The notes below the pieces were generated by a model. That model ran no database searches. It was not told the DNA's origin and saw only the letters and a program-made list of their open reading frames with translations. A stretch of 64,000 nucleotides of DNA from an uncultured Actinomycetota bacterium. GTDB taxonomy: Bacteria; Actinomycetota; Actinomycetes; JACCUZ01. The stretch spans positions 73,230 through 137,229 of the forward strand of contig CAVOOW010000010.1 in assembly GCA_963697675.1 (NCBI GenBank). Reading direction: 5' to 3'. The first letter of the stretch is position 1. The number at the start of each line of letters is the position of its first letter. The position numbers and the translations under genes were made by a program. This document shows, in pieces, positions 1 to 9,765 of this stretch.

Positions 1-436
1 GACGTCGTGCGACGGCAACCGGACGACACCTGCGTACGGCGCCGGGTTGCCCGCCGCGAGGAGGTGCGCCAACCCGACGACATCCGCCCCGGGTCGGCAC
101 GCTGCGGACAGAACCCGGCAGACGTTGGCCTGGTAGACCTCCCCAGCGGCGATCTCGTCGCGCACGTGGGCGACCACCGACTCGTACGCCTCCTGGTCGA
201 GAGATGACGTCCACTCCCCCACCTGATCGGTGTGCCACTCGCCTGGTGGGAGCGGTGCGTCGCGCACGTCGCTGAACCGGGCTGCGGTCAGCTCTCCCTC
301 GAACGTCGCGACGACGGCCCACCAGCCGCCGGAGTCCAGCGCCGCCGGGTCGTGGCTGACCTCTTCGAGGCCGGTGGCGAGACGCCCACCAAACCACGCG
401 AGGGGCTCGTCGCTAGGCCAACCCACCGATTGCCGC
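1..436 (-). CDS. Chorismate-binding enzyme (aminodeoxychorismate/anthranilate synthase component I family), N-terminal part; runs off the window start
   Basis: The minus-strand frame is open from about 436 to position 1. It translates ...GGWWAVVATFEGE...AGEVYQANVCRVLSA..., which fits the GDxYQxNL chorismate-binding motif. A candidate GTG start overlaps the hutH stop. It is absent from the ORF table because no stop falls inside the window. Confidence 0.4.
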
Positions 437-1960
437 CTCGGCTGCAGCCACGATCTCTTCCAGCGCGGCGTCGACCGCTGCGATCTGCACGGCGACGTTG
501 CGGTCGGTGTCCATCGTCGGGACGTCGCGTCGGACCACTGCGTGGACCGCGGTCCCACCCGGGCTCGGCGACGCGACCGCGGCGCGGAAGTCCAGCGCCT
601 GGCAGGCGACCAGGATCTCCACGGACAGCACCGAACGCACGTTGGCGACGACCTCGCGCAGCTTGCGCATTGAGGTCCAGCCCATCGAGACGTGGTCCTC
701 CTGGTTGCCCGACGTCGGGATCGTGTCGACGCTCGCGGGATGGGCGAGCACCTTGTTCTCGCTGACCAGAGAGGCCGCGGTGTACTGCGCGATCATGTAT
801 CCCGAGTTGGTGCCGGGGTCCTTGGCGAGGAATGCCGGCAGGCTGCGACTGAAGGCCGGGTCGAGCATGCGGTCGGTGCGCCGTTCGGAGATGCTCGCGA
901 GCTCGGAGACCGCCATCGCGAGCATGTCGCCCGCGAAGGCGAGCGGCTCGCCGTGGAAGTTGCCCGTCGACATGACCTCGCCGTCCGGCACGATCACCGG
1001 GTTGTCGACGACCGAGCCGAGCTCGATGTCGATGACGCCGCGGGCATGCGCGAGCACGTCGCGCACGGCGCCGTGCACCTGGGGGGCGCAGCGCAGCGCG
1101 TAGGAGTCCTGCACCGCGTGGTCGCTCTCCCGGTGGCTGGCCACGAGCGGGGAGTTGGCCAGCAGCCGGCGCAGGTTGCTCGCGCTCGCGAGCTGGCCGG
1201 GATGCGGCCGGATGACCTGGACCCGCTCGTCGTAGGCGCGGTCGGTGCCCATCAGCGACTCGACGCTGAGCGCCGCAGCGATGTCCACGACCTTGACCAG
1301 CAGGTTGATCTCGTCGATCGCCAGCGCCAGCAGGACCTGCATCGGCTCGGTGCCGTTGATCAGGCTGAGCCCTTCCTTCGCGGCCAGGACAAGGGGCTCG
1401 AGCACCTCCTCTTTGAGCAGTTCCGCCGCTGGCCGTCCGGTGAGCTCCTCCCCCGCGCGGCGCAACCGGCCCTCGCCGACGAGCGGCTGGGCCAGGTGGG
1501 CGAGCTGGCAGAGGTCGCCGCTGGCGCCGACCGAGCCCTTGCCGGGGATCACCGGGAGCAGGTTGCGCTCGAGCATGTCGAGCAGCCGTTGTGGCAGGGC
1601 GGTGCGTACGCCGCTGTAGCCGACGGTGAGGGTTCGCGCGCGCAGCAGCAGCAGTCCGCGGACCACGTCGTCGGGCAGCGGCTCCCCCACCCCGGCGCTG
1701 TGCGAGCGGATCAGCGCGAGCTGCATGCGCTCGAGGTCGCCACGGCCGATGTGGGTGTCCGCGAGGGCGCCGAACCCGGTCGTGATGCCGTACATCACCT
1801 TGTTCTTCTCCACGGCGTCGCTGACCACCGCCCGGCTCGGCTGCATCCGGGCCTCGACGCCGGCCCCGAGCTCGGCCCGGGCCTCGCCCTTGGCCACGGC
1901 GACCAGGTCTTCGAGCGTCAGGGCTTCGCCGGTCACGGTCACAGTGCGCATGGCGGGCAA
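413..1960 (-). CDS. hutH: Histidine ammonia-lyase
   Basis: 515-aa ORF with the MIO-forming motif GSVGASGDLCQLAHLA and overall HAL/PAL-family similarity along its full length. Confidence 0.9.
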   Translation of the reverse strand: MPAMRTVTVTGEALTLEDLVAVAKGEARAELGAGVEARMQPSRAVVSDAVEKNKVMYGITTGFGALADTHIGRGDLERMQLALIRSHSAGVGEPLPDDVVRGLLLLRARTLTVGYSGVRTALPQRLLDMLERNLLPVIPGKGSVGASGDLCQLAHLAQPLVGEGRLRRAGEELTGRPAAELLKEEVLEPLVLAAKEGLSLINGTEPMQVLLALAIDEINLLVKVVDIAAALSVESLMGTDRAYDERVQVIRPHPGQLASASNLRRLLANSPLVASHRESDHAVQDSYALRCAPQVHGAVRDVLAHARGVIDIELGSVVDNPVIVPDGEVMSTGNFHGEPLAFAGDMLAMAVSELASISERRTDRMLDPAFSRSLPAFLAKDPGTNSGYMIAQYTAASLVSENKVLAHPASVDTIPTSGNQEDHVSMGWTSMRKLREVVANVRSVLSVEILVACQALDFRAAVASPSPGGTAVHAVVRRDVPTMDTDRNVAVQIAAVDAALEEIVAAAEAAIGGLA

Positions 1961-2160
1961 CCTAGCGCTCGGCGGCCCGGCCCGACACGCCCGGTCTCGC
2001 CCTCACCTGGTGTCACCTTGTTGTGCTTGGGCTTGGGGGCGATGCTCGGGTACGTCGACTGTGGCCTGCGTCACGGGCATGGACTGCCTTTGAAGCGGTC
2101 CGGATCGATGGGCTATGGTCTACTTCCGCACATCGGGGCAGTTCATTGCGCCGTTGTCGC

Positions 2161-2233
2161 GCGGACGTGGCTCAGTTGGTAGAGCATCACCTTGCCAAGG
2201 TGAGGGTCGCGGGTTCGAATCCCGTCGTCCGCT
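2161..2233 (+). tRNA. tRNA-Gly (anticodon GCC)
   Basis: Cloverleaf gcggacg...cgtccgc with anticodon loop cttGCCaag and T-arm ggttcgaatcc. Confidence 0.85.
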
Positions 2234-2266
2234 CGAAGAGGCCTGGGAGGTTGTTCGGCCTCTCTC

Positions 2267-2337
2267 GGTGGAGTGGCCGAGAGGCGAGGCAACGGCCTGC
2301 AAAGCCGTCCACACGGGTTCAAATCCCGTCTCCACCT
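2267..2337 (+). tRNA. tRNA-Cys (anticodon GCA)
   Basis: Acceptor ggtggag/ctccacc, anticodon stem acggc/gccgt with loop ctGCAaa, T-arm cgggttcaaatcccg. Confidence 0.8.
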
Positions 2338-2356
2338 CGATTACGCACGACAGCAT

Positions 2357-2434
2357 GGGCGATTGGCGCAGTCTGGCTAGCGCGCTTCCCTGACACGGAA
2401 GAGGTCACAGGTTCAAGTCCTGTATCGCCCACCA
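2357..2434 (+). tRNA. tRNA-Val (anticodon GAC), CCA encoded
   Basis: Acceptor gggcgat/atcgccc, anticodon stem cttcc/ggaag with loop ctGACac, T-arm acaggttcaagtcctgt, then acca. Confidence 0.85.
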
Positions 2435-2450
2435 CAAAAGTGCAGGTCAG

Positions 2451-2490
2451 AGGCCGGTTCCGAGATCATTGGAACCGGCTTCTTGATCGT
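2451..2490 (+). terminator. Stem-loop downstream of the tRNA cluster (putative terminator)
   Basis: Perfect inverted repeat gccggttcc-gagatcatt-ggaaccggc followed by ttcttg. Confidence 0.45.
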
Positions 2491-2691
2491 TTGCGGGCAC
2501 CTCGCGGGCAGAGTTTATGCGCGACCGTGGCCGCCCATGGGCGGACGGCACACGACATGGTCACTGTGCCGAGCACCGCGTTCGCCACCACCGTCTCGTT
2601 GACCCCGATCTCCTAGGACTCGGGCGCGGTGATGTGGCCACCGAGCCAACTGCCGGTAGCGCCCACGCCAACAACACGCTAGAAACGTGAC

Positions 2692-3215
2692 ATGCCGATG
2701 TCCACGCCGGTCGCCCAGGCAGTGCTTGTCACCGGTGTCTACGGCGCCGGCAAGAGCACCGTCGTGGCCGACATCGGCAAGGTGCTTGAGGACCACGGGG
2801 CACCCTATGGTTTGCTCGACGTCGACTGGCTGGGTTGGTTCAACGCGGCGAAGACCGGACGTCGCACCGGCGGGTGGTGCTGTCAAACGTACGGATGGTG
2901 TGCGAGGCGTACTTGGCCGCTGGTGTCAGACGACTGGCATTGGCGTGGTCGATCCGCGATCGTGAACAGTTGGACGAGTTGCGCCTCGCCGTACCTGTCC
3001 CGCTACGGGTCGTGCGGCTTTACGTCGACGCGGCCGTCGTTCAACGACGTCTGGCGACGGATCCCACCCAAGAACGCCGGGAGGATGACCTGCGAGTGGC
3101 GCACGACTGGCTGGCAGCCGGTCGCGGGCTAGGTCTTGAGGACCTGGTTCTTCCCGGTGACCAACCGGTCCGGGAGACAAGCGAAGCGATGTGTCGATGG
3201 CTATGTTGGATCTGA
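2692..3215 (+). pseudogene. P-loop NTPase (chloramphenicol-phosphotransferase-like / AAA kinase family), apparent frameshift near 2870
   Basis: Walker A GVYGAGKST...LLDVDWLGWF in frame 1. The family-typical C-terminus (VVLSNVRMVCEAYLAAGVRRLALAWSIRDREQLDELRLA...) continues in frame 3 as ORF 2835..3215. Confidence 0.5.
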
Positions 3216-3719
3216 GGCTCCGCTCTACGAGAGTGCCGACCTGGCTCGGGACGTGCTCCCGCTCCGAACCGCCGTAGACGGCGCGGGAAACTCCGCGGCT
3301 AACCACATTCAAGACGTTGCATAGGCGCTGTTGGCCGACCGGCAGCAAGCGAAACGTCCGCGCGCGGGAAACGTCATTCCTTGGCGCTACGCGGGGATCG
3401 GGGCGGCCACGACTGTGCTCGCCTTGTTGTTGATCTCCCTCATCTACTTCGCAATCGCCGGCAGGCGCCGGCTCGTGCCCTCCCCCCAGGAAGAGTTCGC
3501 GCTCACCCTCGGTGAGCACAGGCACCCCGAAGCAGAGGGGTACGGACACACCCGCGTCGACGAGGTAATGGGAGAGTCTTCCGACCGGGACAACTGACGC
3601 TTTCGATATCGACGACGGTGTGGCCCCGGCATTGTCGACGGCGAGTTGCAGGTTGGGCCTCAGGCGATTCCGACGTCTTCTCCGTGTCTGCGTGAAGCGC
3701 CCCAGGTTCTCTGCCGCTC

Positions 3720-4766
3720 CTATGCGGGGTGCGGCTCTCGGTTGATAGTCGCGTAGTGGGCTTGCTCGAACTCGTTCGGGGTCAGGTAGTCGAGGCTACT
3801 GTGCAGACTCCGGTTGTTGAACCAGTCGACCCAGCCGGCGGTGGCCCACTCGACGTCGGCGATGCCTCGGTAGGCGCCGGCGTGGAAGACGGTGGTGCGG
3901 ATGCACTCGGTCTTGTACAGGCCGATCATCGCTCTCCATGAGTGCGTTGTCGTAGGCGTCGCCGACGGAGCCGATCGACGGGCGGATGCTCCTCGAGGGC
4001 GAGGTGGTCGGTGAACCAGTGGACGTGTATTGCGTGCCGGCGTCCGAGTGACACGATGAGCTGCCCCGGCCGGACCGGGTGTCCTTCACGCTCGCGTTGC
4101 CATGTCGCCATCCGCAGCGGGGTCATGACCAGTGCGACGTCCGCTTGGAGGTCGGCGCAGTGCCAGGCGACGATCTTCTGCGCGAACACGTCCACGACGA
4201 ACGCGACGTAGACGAAGCCCGCCCACGTCCGGACGTAGGTGAAGTCCATGACCCACGTGCCGGTTCGGGGCGGCGGCGGTGAAGTCCCGGTCGAGCAGGT
4301 CCCCGGCACGTTTGCCGTCCTTGCCGGGGATGGTCGTGCGGATGCCCTTACCGCGCCGGACCCCGTCAAGTCCCAAGGCGCTGTCATGGCCCGTCGACCG
4401 GCCTCCGGGGAGGCGCGGCCGGCTGCGCCGGACCAGCGCGCGTCATCTTCCGTCGCCCGTAGAGACCTTCCGGGGTCATCCGGCGAACCCGCCAACCGCC
4501 TGGCGGTGTCCACGGTCCAGGCGAGGTCACGCACCACGTCCATCACCAGGGCGTCGGTCACGGTGCGGGCCGCGACCCGCTGGTCGAGCTACTTCCAGCC
4601 CGGTAGGTCCGTGCGGCGATCTGGCAGCCCTGCTCGCGCAGGACCCGACAGACCGACTCGACCGCACGACCAGCGCCGCGGCACTCGTCGACGAACGCGA
4701 CGATCAACGATTGCGGGCGGTCGGTGAAGTCGGCCCGGGGCGCGGTGCCGGCCTTGCGACCGGTCC
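3720..4766 (-). pseudogene. IS3-family transposase orfB (integrase core), multiple frameshifts
   Basis: Pieces in three frames: DRPQSLIVAFVDE...; RTTIPGKDGKRAGDLLDRDFTAAAPNR; VMDFTYVRTWAGFVYVAFVVDVF; HSDAGTQYTS; IGSVGDAYDNALMES; IGLYKTECI...WVDWFNNRSLHSSLDYLTPNEFE. Confidence 0.75.
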
Positions 4767-6923
4767 GTTTCCCCGGGCCGCCTCCCGAACCCGGCGTGCA
4801 CCTTTCCACGCACCGGGCTCTCCACAAGTCCCGTCTGGCGCGTGTGGTCGTCCTCATCCGGTGATCGGCCACGGCGACGGGAATGACCGATCCCCGGTAT
4901 CGGTAGCGGGTCGTGCTCGACCTTCTGCCGGGTTGAACAGTTCCCGTTCCTCGCTGGCCGGCCACCATCCGCCGCCGCAGTAGCGGCGGCGGAGCTCCTT
5001 CCAGGTGGCCGGCGGTGCTTGCGCCGCAGCCATCGCCAGACCGTCTGCCACACGTAGTGGCTGCAGGTAGCCGAAGGTCGCCGACGACACCCCGGGCCGG
5101 AAGTAGGCGCACCAGCCCCGCAGCACCGGGTTGAGCTGCGGAGCAGGACATCCAGCGGCTGGTTCACCCCGACCTGTCGGCACAGCGTCTTCACCTTGGC
5201 CATCACGGCCCGCAGGGCCTTCTTGGCCGGATAGGTGTAGACGTAGGACCGGCTGGTGCCCCGCTTGCGGTGACGCTGGATGCGCCACCCGAGGAAGTCG
5301 AGGCCCTCGTCGATGTGGGTGATCAGGGTCTTCTCCGGCGACAGGCGCAGGCCCATCGTGGACAAGCACCCCGGCGATCTCCTCTCGCAGCGCTTCGGCG
5401 TCGGCCCTGGTGCCCGCGACCACCAGGCACCAGTCGTCCGCGTACCGGACCAGCCGGTAGTTGGGCAGACCGTGACGGCGCCGTTTCGCCCGTTCCACCG
5501 TCGTGCTGCCGTGGTCCTCCCGGCGGCCCGGCGATGTGCTCGTCCAGGACCGAGAGGGCCACGTTGCTCAGCAGCGGCGACAGGATCGACCCCTGCGGGG
5601 TTCCGGTGGTGGTGTCCCGCAGCGTCGGTCCTCACTGAGGATGCCCGCCTTCAGGAACGCCTTCACCAAGGCCAGGACGCGTTTGTCCCCGACTCGATCC
5701 CGCACCCGGTCCATCAGGGCCGGGTGCGAGATCTCGTCGAAGCAGGCCTTGATGTCGCCCTCCACGATCCACTCATAGAGCGTGGCGATGTCGAGATAGC
5801 GCACCTCGGCCACCGCGTCATGAGCCCGGCGCTTCGGGCGGAACCCGTAGGAACACGGGAGGAAATCCGCCTCGAAGATCGGCTCCAACACCAGCTTCAG
5901 GGACGCCTGGACCACCCGGTCGGTGATCGTCGGCGATCCCCAGACGACGCAGCTTGCCGCCCGCCTTGGGGATCATCCGCTCCCGCACCGGCAGCGGGCG
6001 GAAGCTGCGGTCCTTCAACGCGACCGCAGCCCGTCGAGGAACACCTCGACCCCGCACCGGCCTCCACGATGGACGCGCCGTGCGCCGTCCACCCCGGCCG
6101 TGCGCGCACCCTTGTTGCCCCGCACCCGATCCCACGCCACCAGCAGGAACGCCGGGATCGGCGACGAGGTTGAACAGATCGTCGAACCTGCGATGAGGAT
6201 CATCACGGGCCCAACGGTGCAGCTTGGTCTGGATCTCCAGTACCCGGCGCTCCGCCCGAATCAGCAGCCGAGCTCCGAGCTCGTCGGTATTCACCGGCGA
6301 CACCTCCTGGCATTCCAGCATCCTCACTGCCGACTTGCTGGCCCCCTTCGCCCTGTGCCCGGCTCTCCCGGCCCCGCGGCGGGTCGTCGCTCGGACTACT
6401 ACGAGGCCTCCGCCCCACCCCACGGCCATCAGCCGGCAACGGACCTGCCCACCCGACCGGACTGGCTGCCCGGCACGGACGGGCGACCGCGGGGCGGTTC
6501 CCACGTTCACCACGCAATCGATCGATCAGGGAGGCGCCCAGCTCTACCCCGGCAGCATCGCCACGCCTACGCCGCAGGCCTTCACCGTGGCCTCCCCACC
6601 GACGGAGCTACACGGCTTCGGAGTTGACCCCCACCGACATCCGGCGTGGCCACGCACTGCACACCGGCCCATATCCACCAGATTTGAGCCGGCGCCGCGC
6701 TTACGGGGCTTCAACCACTGGTTCACTCTCGTACACCTTCTGATCTCGCTCGCCGGACCCGCACCGTCTGGCAGTACCAGCACGTCCCGGCTTTGTCAGG
6801 GCTGCTTCCCGCCCTCCCCGGCGTTCCCCGGGTCAGGCTGCCCCCAGCTTCACCAGGCCGCTGCGACGACCCGGCGGGGAGGTCTCTCACCTCCCTCGAT
6901 CACCACGGCGCCTCGTGGCGCAC
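4767..6923 (-). mobile_element. Group II intron (bacterial class) inserted in IS3 orfA
   Basis: 5' end GTGCGcc at 6923 on the minus strand. 3' end is ...gggaaAC at 4767. Domain V is GAGCCCGGTGCGTGG-AAAG-GTGCACGCCGGGTTC, about 50 nt from the 3' end. Joining the exons restores the IS3 orfA frame (...FFAGEL|DRSQ...). Confidence 0.75.
4800..6400 (-). pseudogene. Group II intron reverse transcriptase/maturase, frameshifted
   Basis: RT motifs FLPCSYGFRPKRRAHDAV, IVEGDIKACFDEI, LVRYADDWCLV, MGLRLSPEKTLITHIDEGLDFLGWRI. Maturase X motifs NPVLRGWCAYFRPG, ELRRRYCGGGWWP, TRYRYRG. These are spread over at least four reading frames. Confidence 0.75.
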
Positions 6924-7249
6924 AGCTCCCCCGCGAAGAAAATCGAAGCCCGGAGAATCTCGTTGTCCTCCTCGAGCCGCCGGACCTTCGCCTTCAGCTC
7001 CCGGATCTGGTCCAGCTCCTCCGTCGTGGCTCCCTGACGCTGGCCGCTGTCGACCTGCGCTTGCAAGAACCAGCGACGCACCGACTCCTGCTCAACGTGG
7101 TTGCGCTTCGCGACCGCCTCGGCCGCAGCTGTCGGCGTCGCGTACTCCGAGACGTGCTGCAGCATCTGCTGGACGCAACGCTCCTTCACCTTCGGATCGA
7201 TCTTCTTCGGCACAGGGCCATCCTCCTGGAACTCAGAAGGAGACGGCAT
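6924..7249 (-). CDS. IS3-family transposase orfA (HTH), 5' exon; interrupted by the intron
   Basis: MPSPSEFQEDGPVPKKIDPKVKERCVQQMLQHVSEYATPTAAAEAVAKRNHVEQESVRRWFLQAQVDSG...LEEDNEILRASIFFAGEL, with ATG at 7247-7249. Confidence 0.7.
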
Positions 7250-7272
7250 CAAACCGAGGCGCTTCACAGAAG

Positions 7273-7441
7273 TGGTGGGCCCCGTGGGACTCGAATCCAC
7301 AACCTACGGATTAAAGAGGAATCGGCCTGGTCAATCCCAGGTCAGAGTGTCCGGTGCTCTTCACCTGCGCGGTCGACACTGGACGATCTCTCGTCGGTGC
7401 CGGCTGGCTTTGGAAGCATTGCGGGACTGAGTGCGGAAAGG
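7273..7441 (+). repeat. tRNA-Lys 3'-half repeat, copy A (tRNA part on minus strand, plus conserved arm)
   Basis: tggtgggccccgtgggactcgaatccacaacctacggattaaag matches the revcomp of the tRNA-Lys T-arm, acceptor and CCA. It is followed by aggaatcgg...cccaggtcaga...cacctgcg...ctctcgtcggtgccggctggctttggaagcattgcgggactgagtgcgg. It directly abuts the IS3 end. Confidence 0.7.
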
Positions 7442-8445
7442 CGAACCTGGCCCTGAGGTCCAGACGCTCGCTGAGGCAAGCAGTGGGTGGTCCTCAAAGT
7501 CCTGAGGCGAGCTCGACCTCGCTCAAGCGCACCGTACGGCTGCGCCGCCGGCCCGCGTGGCCGATGCTCACCCGGCGCGGCTGCACGTGCTACTGCAGGC
7601 CGGTCTATCGATCGTCTGCAGGCTCGATCTGCCGTTGGTGCCGGGAGGTCAGAGGATGGCGCCGCGCGGAGCCACTCAACGGCGGCGACGCCCCGGCCGT
7701 ACAGCACCAGCATCGATCACCGTGGCTGGTACGGAGTGCGCCCGAGTGCTCGGCAAGCGTTGACTGGCATGCTCGATGACCTGCGCGGGCTCGGCGTATC
7801 CGGGTCATCGTACGTAACGTCTATGATATCGCCGCCATCAAATGCACACGCAGCACGATCTCTCCCATGTCCAGTCCCCTAGGCGCCTAGGCAAGAAGCG
7901 GCATTGGAACGCTGGCGGCCGTTGGCCACCGAGCCGCCAGTTCGATGCATCGACTGGCGAGCCCGGAGGTAGCTGCGTCGTTGTCCTGGAGGTCTCATCT
8001 CAGCGTCCCCCGGGTCCACTTCACCAGCATCTGTGTCGTCACAAGCTGTCGGGCTGGAGTCGCAGTACGGCGCACCTTCGACAGGCGGGAACCCCCTCGT
8101 TTGACACAGAAAGGCTATCAGCCGAAATCTTTGGCCGGGCCGGTAGTGACAGGTTCTGTTTGGCGGCGCCATTCGTTTGGATCACGCACCAGGTCAGTTG
8201 CCCGCCCCTCCGCCGTGCCGGAGACAACGTGTCAGACAACCAGACCTAGGCCTACGCCCAGCCCCGCCGGCGGGGTTCGTCGACCCACGCGCTGGGGCGT
8301 GAAGGACAACGTCGCCGACCGGTTCGCGAACGCGGACGTTGTCGCCGGACCGGGGTCTCGTGCACCGCGTCGACTTCACGTTCCACCACGTCGGCTCGCC
8401 GTCAGATTTCGTCAGCGCGTTCCGCAATTACTACGGACCTGCTGG

Positions 8446-8865
8446 CTACACCGGGGCGGTGATCGTCGCCTCGGCGACCAGGATGCTCACGTCCGGGGGC
8501 TGCTCGAGAGTGCTGTGGACTGTGCAGGCTCGGGCCACCGCGAGTAGGGCGGGGAGCCGCTCTGGTGGCAACGCCGGTGGGGGAGTGATACGGAGTGTGA
8601 TGCTGGCCACTCGGGCCGGGCGGTCCTGCGACATCTGCCAGCTGGCGTCCACGCGCAGCCCGTCGCGGCAGATGTGGTGGCGGGCCAGGAAGCCACCGGC
8701 GTAGTGCGCCACGCAGGAGGCGAGGCTGGCCACGAACAACTCGACGGGGGTGGGTCCGAGGTCGGTGCCGCCCGTGTCGGCCGGTTGATCGACGATCAGT
8801 TCGTGTCCGCGCACTCGTACGGCGTACCGGTCACCTCCCCGTGCCTTCACAACCATGGCAGCCAT
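8446..8865 (-). CDS. OsmC/Ohr-family peroxiredoxin-like protein
   Basis: GGTDLGPTPVELFVASLASCVA...ITLRI...ACTVHSTL. Confidence 0.75.
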   Translation of the reverse strand: MAAMVVKARGGDRYAVRVRGHELIVDQPADTGGTDLGPTPVELFVASLASCVAHYAGGFLARHHICRDGLRVDASWQMSQDRPARVASITLRITPPPALPPERLPALLAVARACTVHSTLEQPPDVSILVAEATITAPV

Positions 8866-8902
8866 CTCCGCCGTCCTCTCCTGCTTGCGTTCAGCGTCGC
8901 CG

Positions 8903-9412
8903 TCAGATGAACAGGATTTGGGCGCCGTCGGTTTTCTCGATGAAGTCGGCGGCGCTGATGATCGCTTCGACGCCGCCGTAGAGGTCGTTCATGGTCAGGT
9001 GGTTCATGTCGGCGGACATCCGGCAGGCCCACAGGTGCCCGCCGGAGTCGACGATCTGCTCGAGGAACTCCGGGACCTCGGGGACGCCGAGCTCGGCGAT
9101 GGACTTCTTCATCTTCTTGGTGGCGATCGAGGTCATCCACGGCAGGCCGCCCAGGCCTTGCGGCATGTGGGTGGCGGTGTTGCCGAGCATGGTGAACTTC
9201 AGGTCGTCCATGGTCTTCTTGTTGATCAGCTCGAAGCCCCAGAAGGTGAAGAACAGGTGGGTCTCGATGCCTTCACCGAGGGCGGCGTTCGCCAGGATCA
9301 GCCCGGGGTAGGCCATGTCCAGGTTGCCTTTGGAGCAGATGATCGCGAGCTTGCGATCGGTGCGGGCCTCGTCGAACGAGGGGACGAGGGGGGTTGTCTG
9401 GGTGGTGGTCAT
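8903..9412 (-). CDS. DsrE/DsrF-like family sulfur-relay protein
   Basis: Internal start MTTTQTTP (cat at 9410-9412). KLAIICSKGNLDMAYPGLILANAALGEGIETHLFFTFWG matches COG2210 / DsrE-like. Confidence 0.7.
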   Translation of the reverse strand: MTTTQTTPLVPSFDEARTDRKLAIICSKGNLDMAYPGLILANAALGEGIETHLFFTFWGFELINKKTMDDLKFTMLGNTATHMPQGLGGLPWMTSIATKKMKKSIAELGVPEVPEFLEQIVDSGGHLWACRMSADMNHLTMNDLYGGVEAIISAADFIEKTDGAQILFI

Positions 9413-9450
9413 CGCTGGCTCCTTACGGTGGCAGCTTTCTGTTGGCAGCG

Positions 9451-9765
9451 TCAGACGCAGCCGTGGGGTTTGGGTAGGCCGGCGACGTAGGCCATCTTCT
9501 TGGCCGGCTTCTTGGGGAACAGCTCGAACAGCCGCTTGGTCGGGACTCCACCGACGGTCGACACGCGGCGCAGCGTGGCGGTCTCGCCTTGTTGCTGGAA
9601 GTCCTGGCGCAGGAACTTGAGCACGGCCAAGTGTTCGTCGGTCAGTGTGAGGCCGATCTGGGTTGCCAGGGCTTGGCCGAGGTCTTCGTCCCACTCGTCG
9701 TAGGTCGTGAGGAAGCCTTCCTCGTCCACGTGGACCTCGTGCCCGGAGATCGTGGTTACGGGCAT
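9451..9765 (-). CDS. TusE/DsrC-family sulfur-relay protein
   Basis: MPVTTISGHEVHVDEEGFLT...ends ...PKPHGCV, with the penultimate conserved Cys. AGGAGG RBS upstream. Confidence 0.75.
   Translation of the reverse strand: MPVTTISGHEVHVDEEGFLTTYDEWDEDLGQALATQIGLTLTDEHLAVLKFLRQDFQQQGETATLRRVSTVGGVPTKRLFELFPKKPAKKMAYVAGLPKPHGCV

Larger units (their letters stand above)
3686..7268 (-). mobile_element. IS3-family insertion sequence (about 1.4 kb) carrying a 2.16-kb group II intron
   Basis: Terminal inverted repeats tgtctgCGTGAAGCGCCccagg (3685-3707) and ccgaGGCGCTTCACAgaag (7258-7271). orfA has an HTH domain and orfB has a DDE/rve domain. Confidence 0.7.

Noticed and set aside
692-2182. 496-aa plus-strand ORF
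   Set aside because: It is the antisense of hutH. It has an Arg/Ala-rich low-complexity translation typical of high-GC shadow ORFs. hutH has clear family motifs.
3331-3597. 88-aa ORF with one hydrophobic segment
   Set aside because: No family signal and no clear RBS. It lies in the IS3-flanking gap. Evidence is too weak to call a gene.
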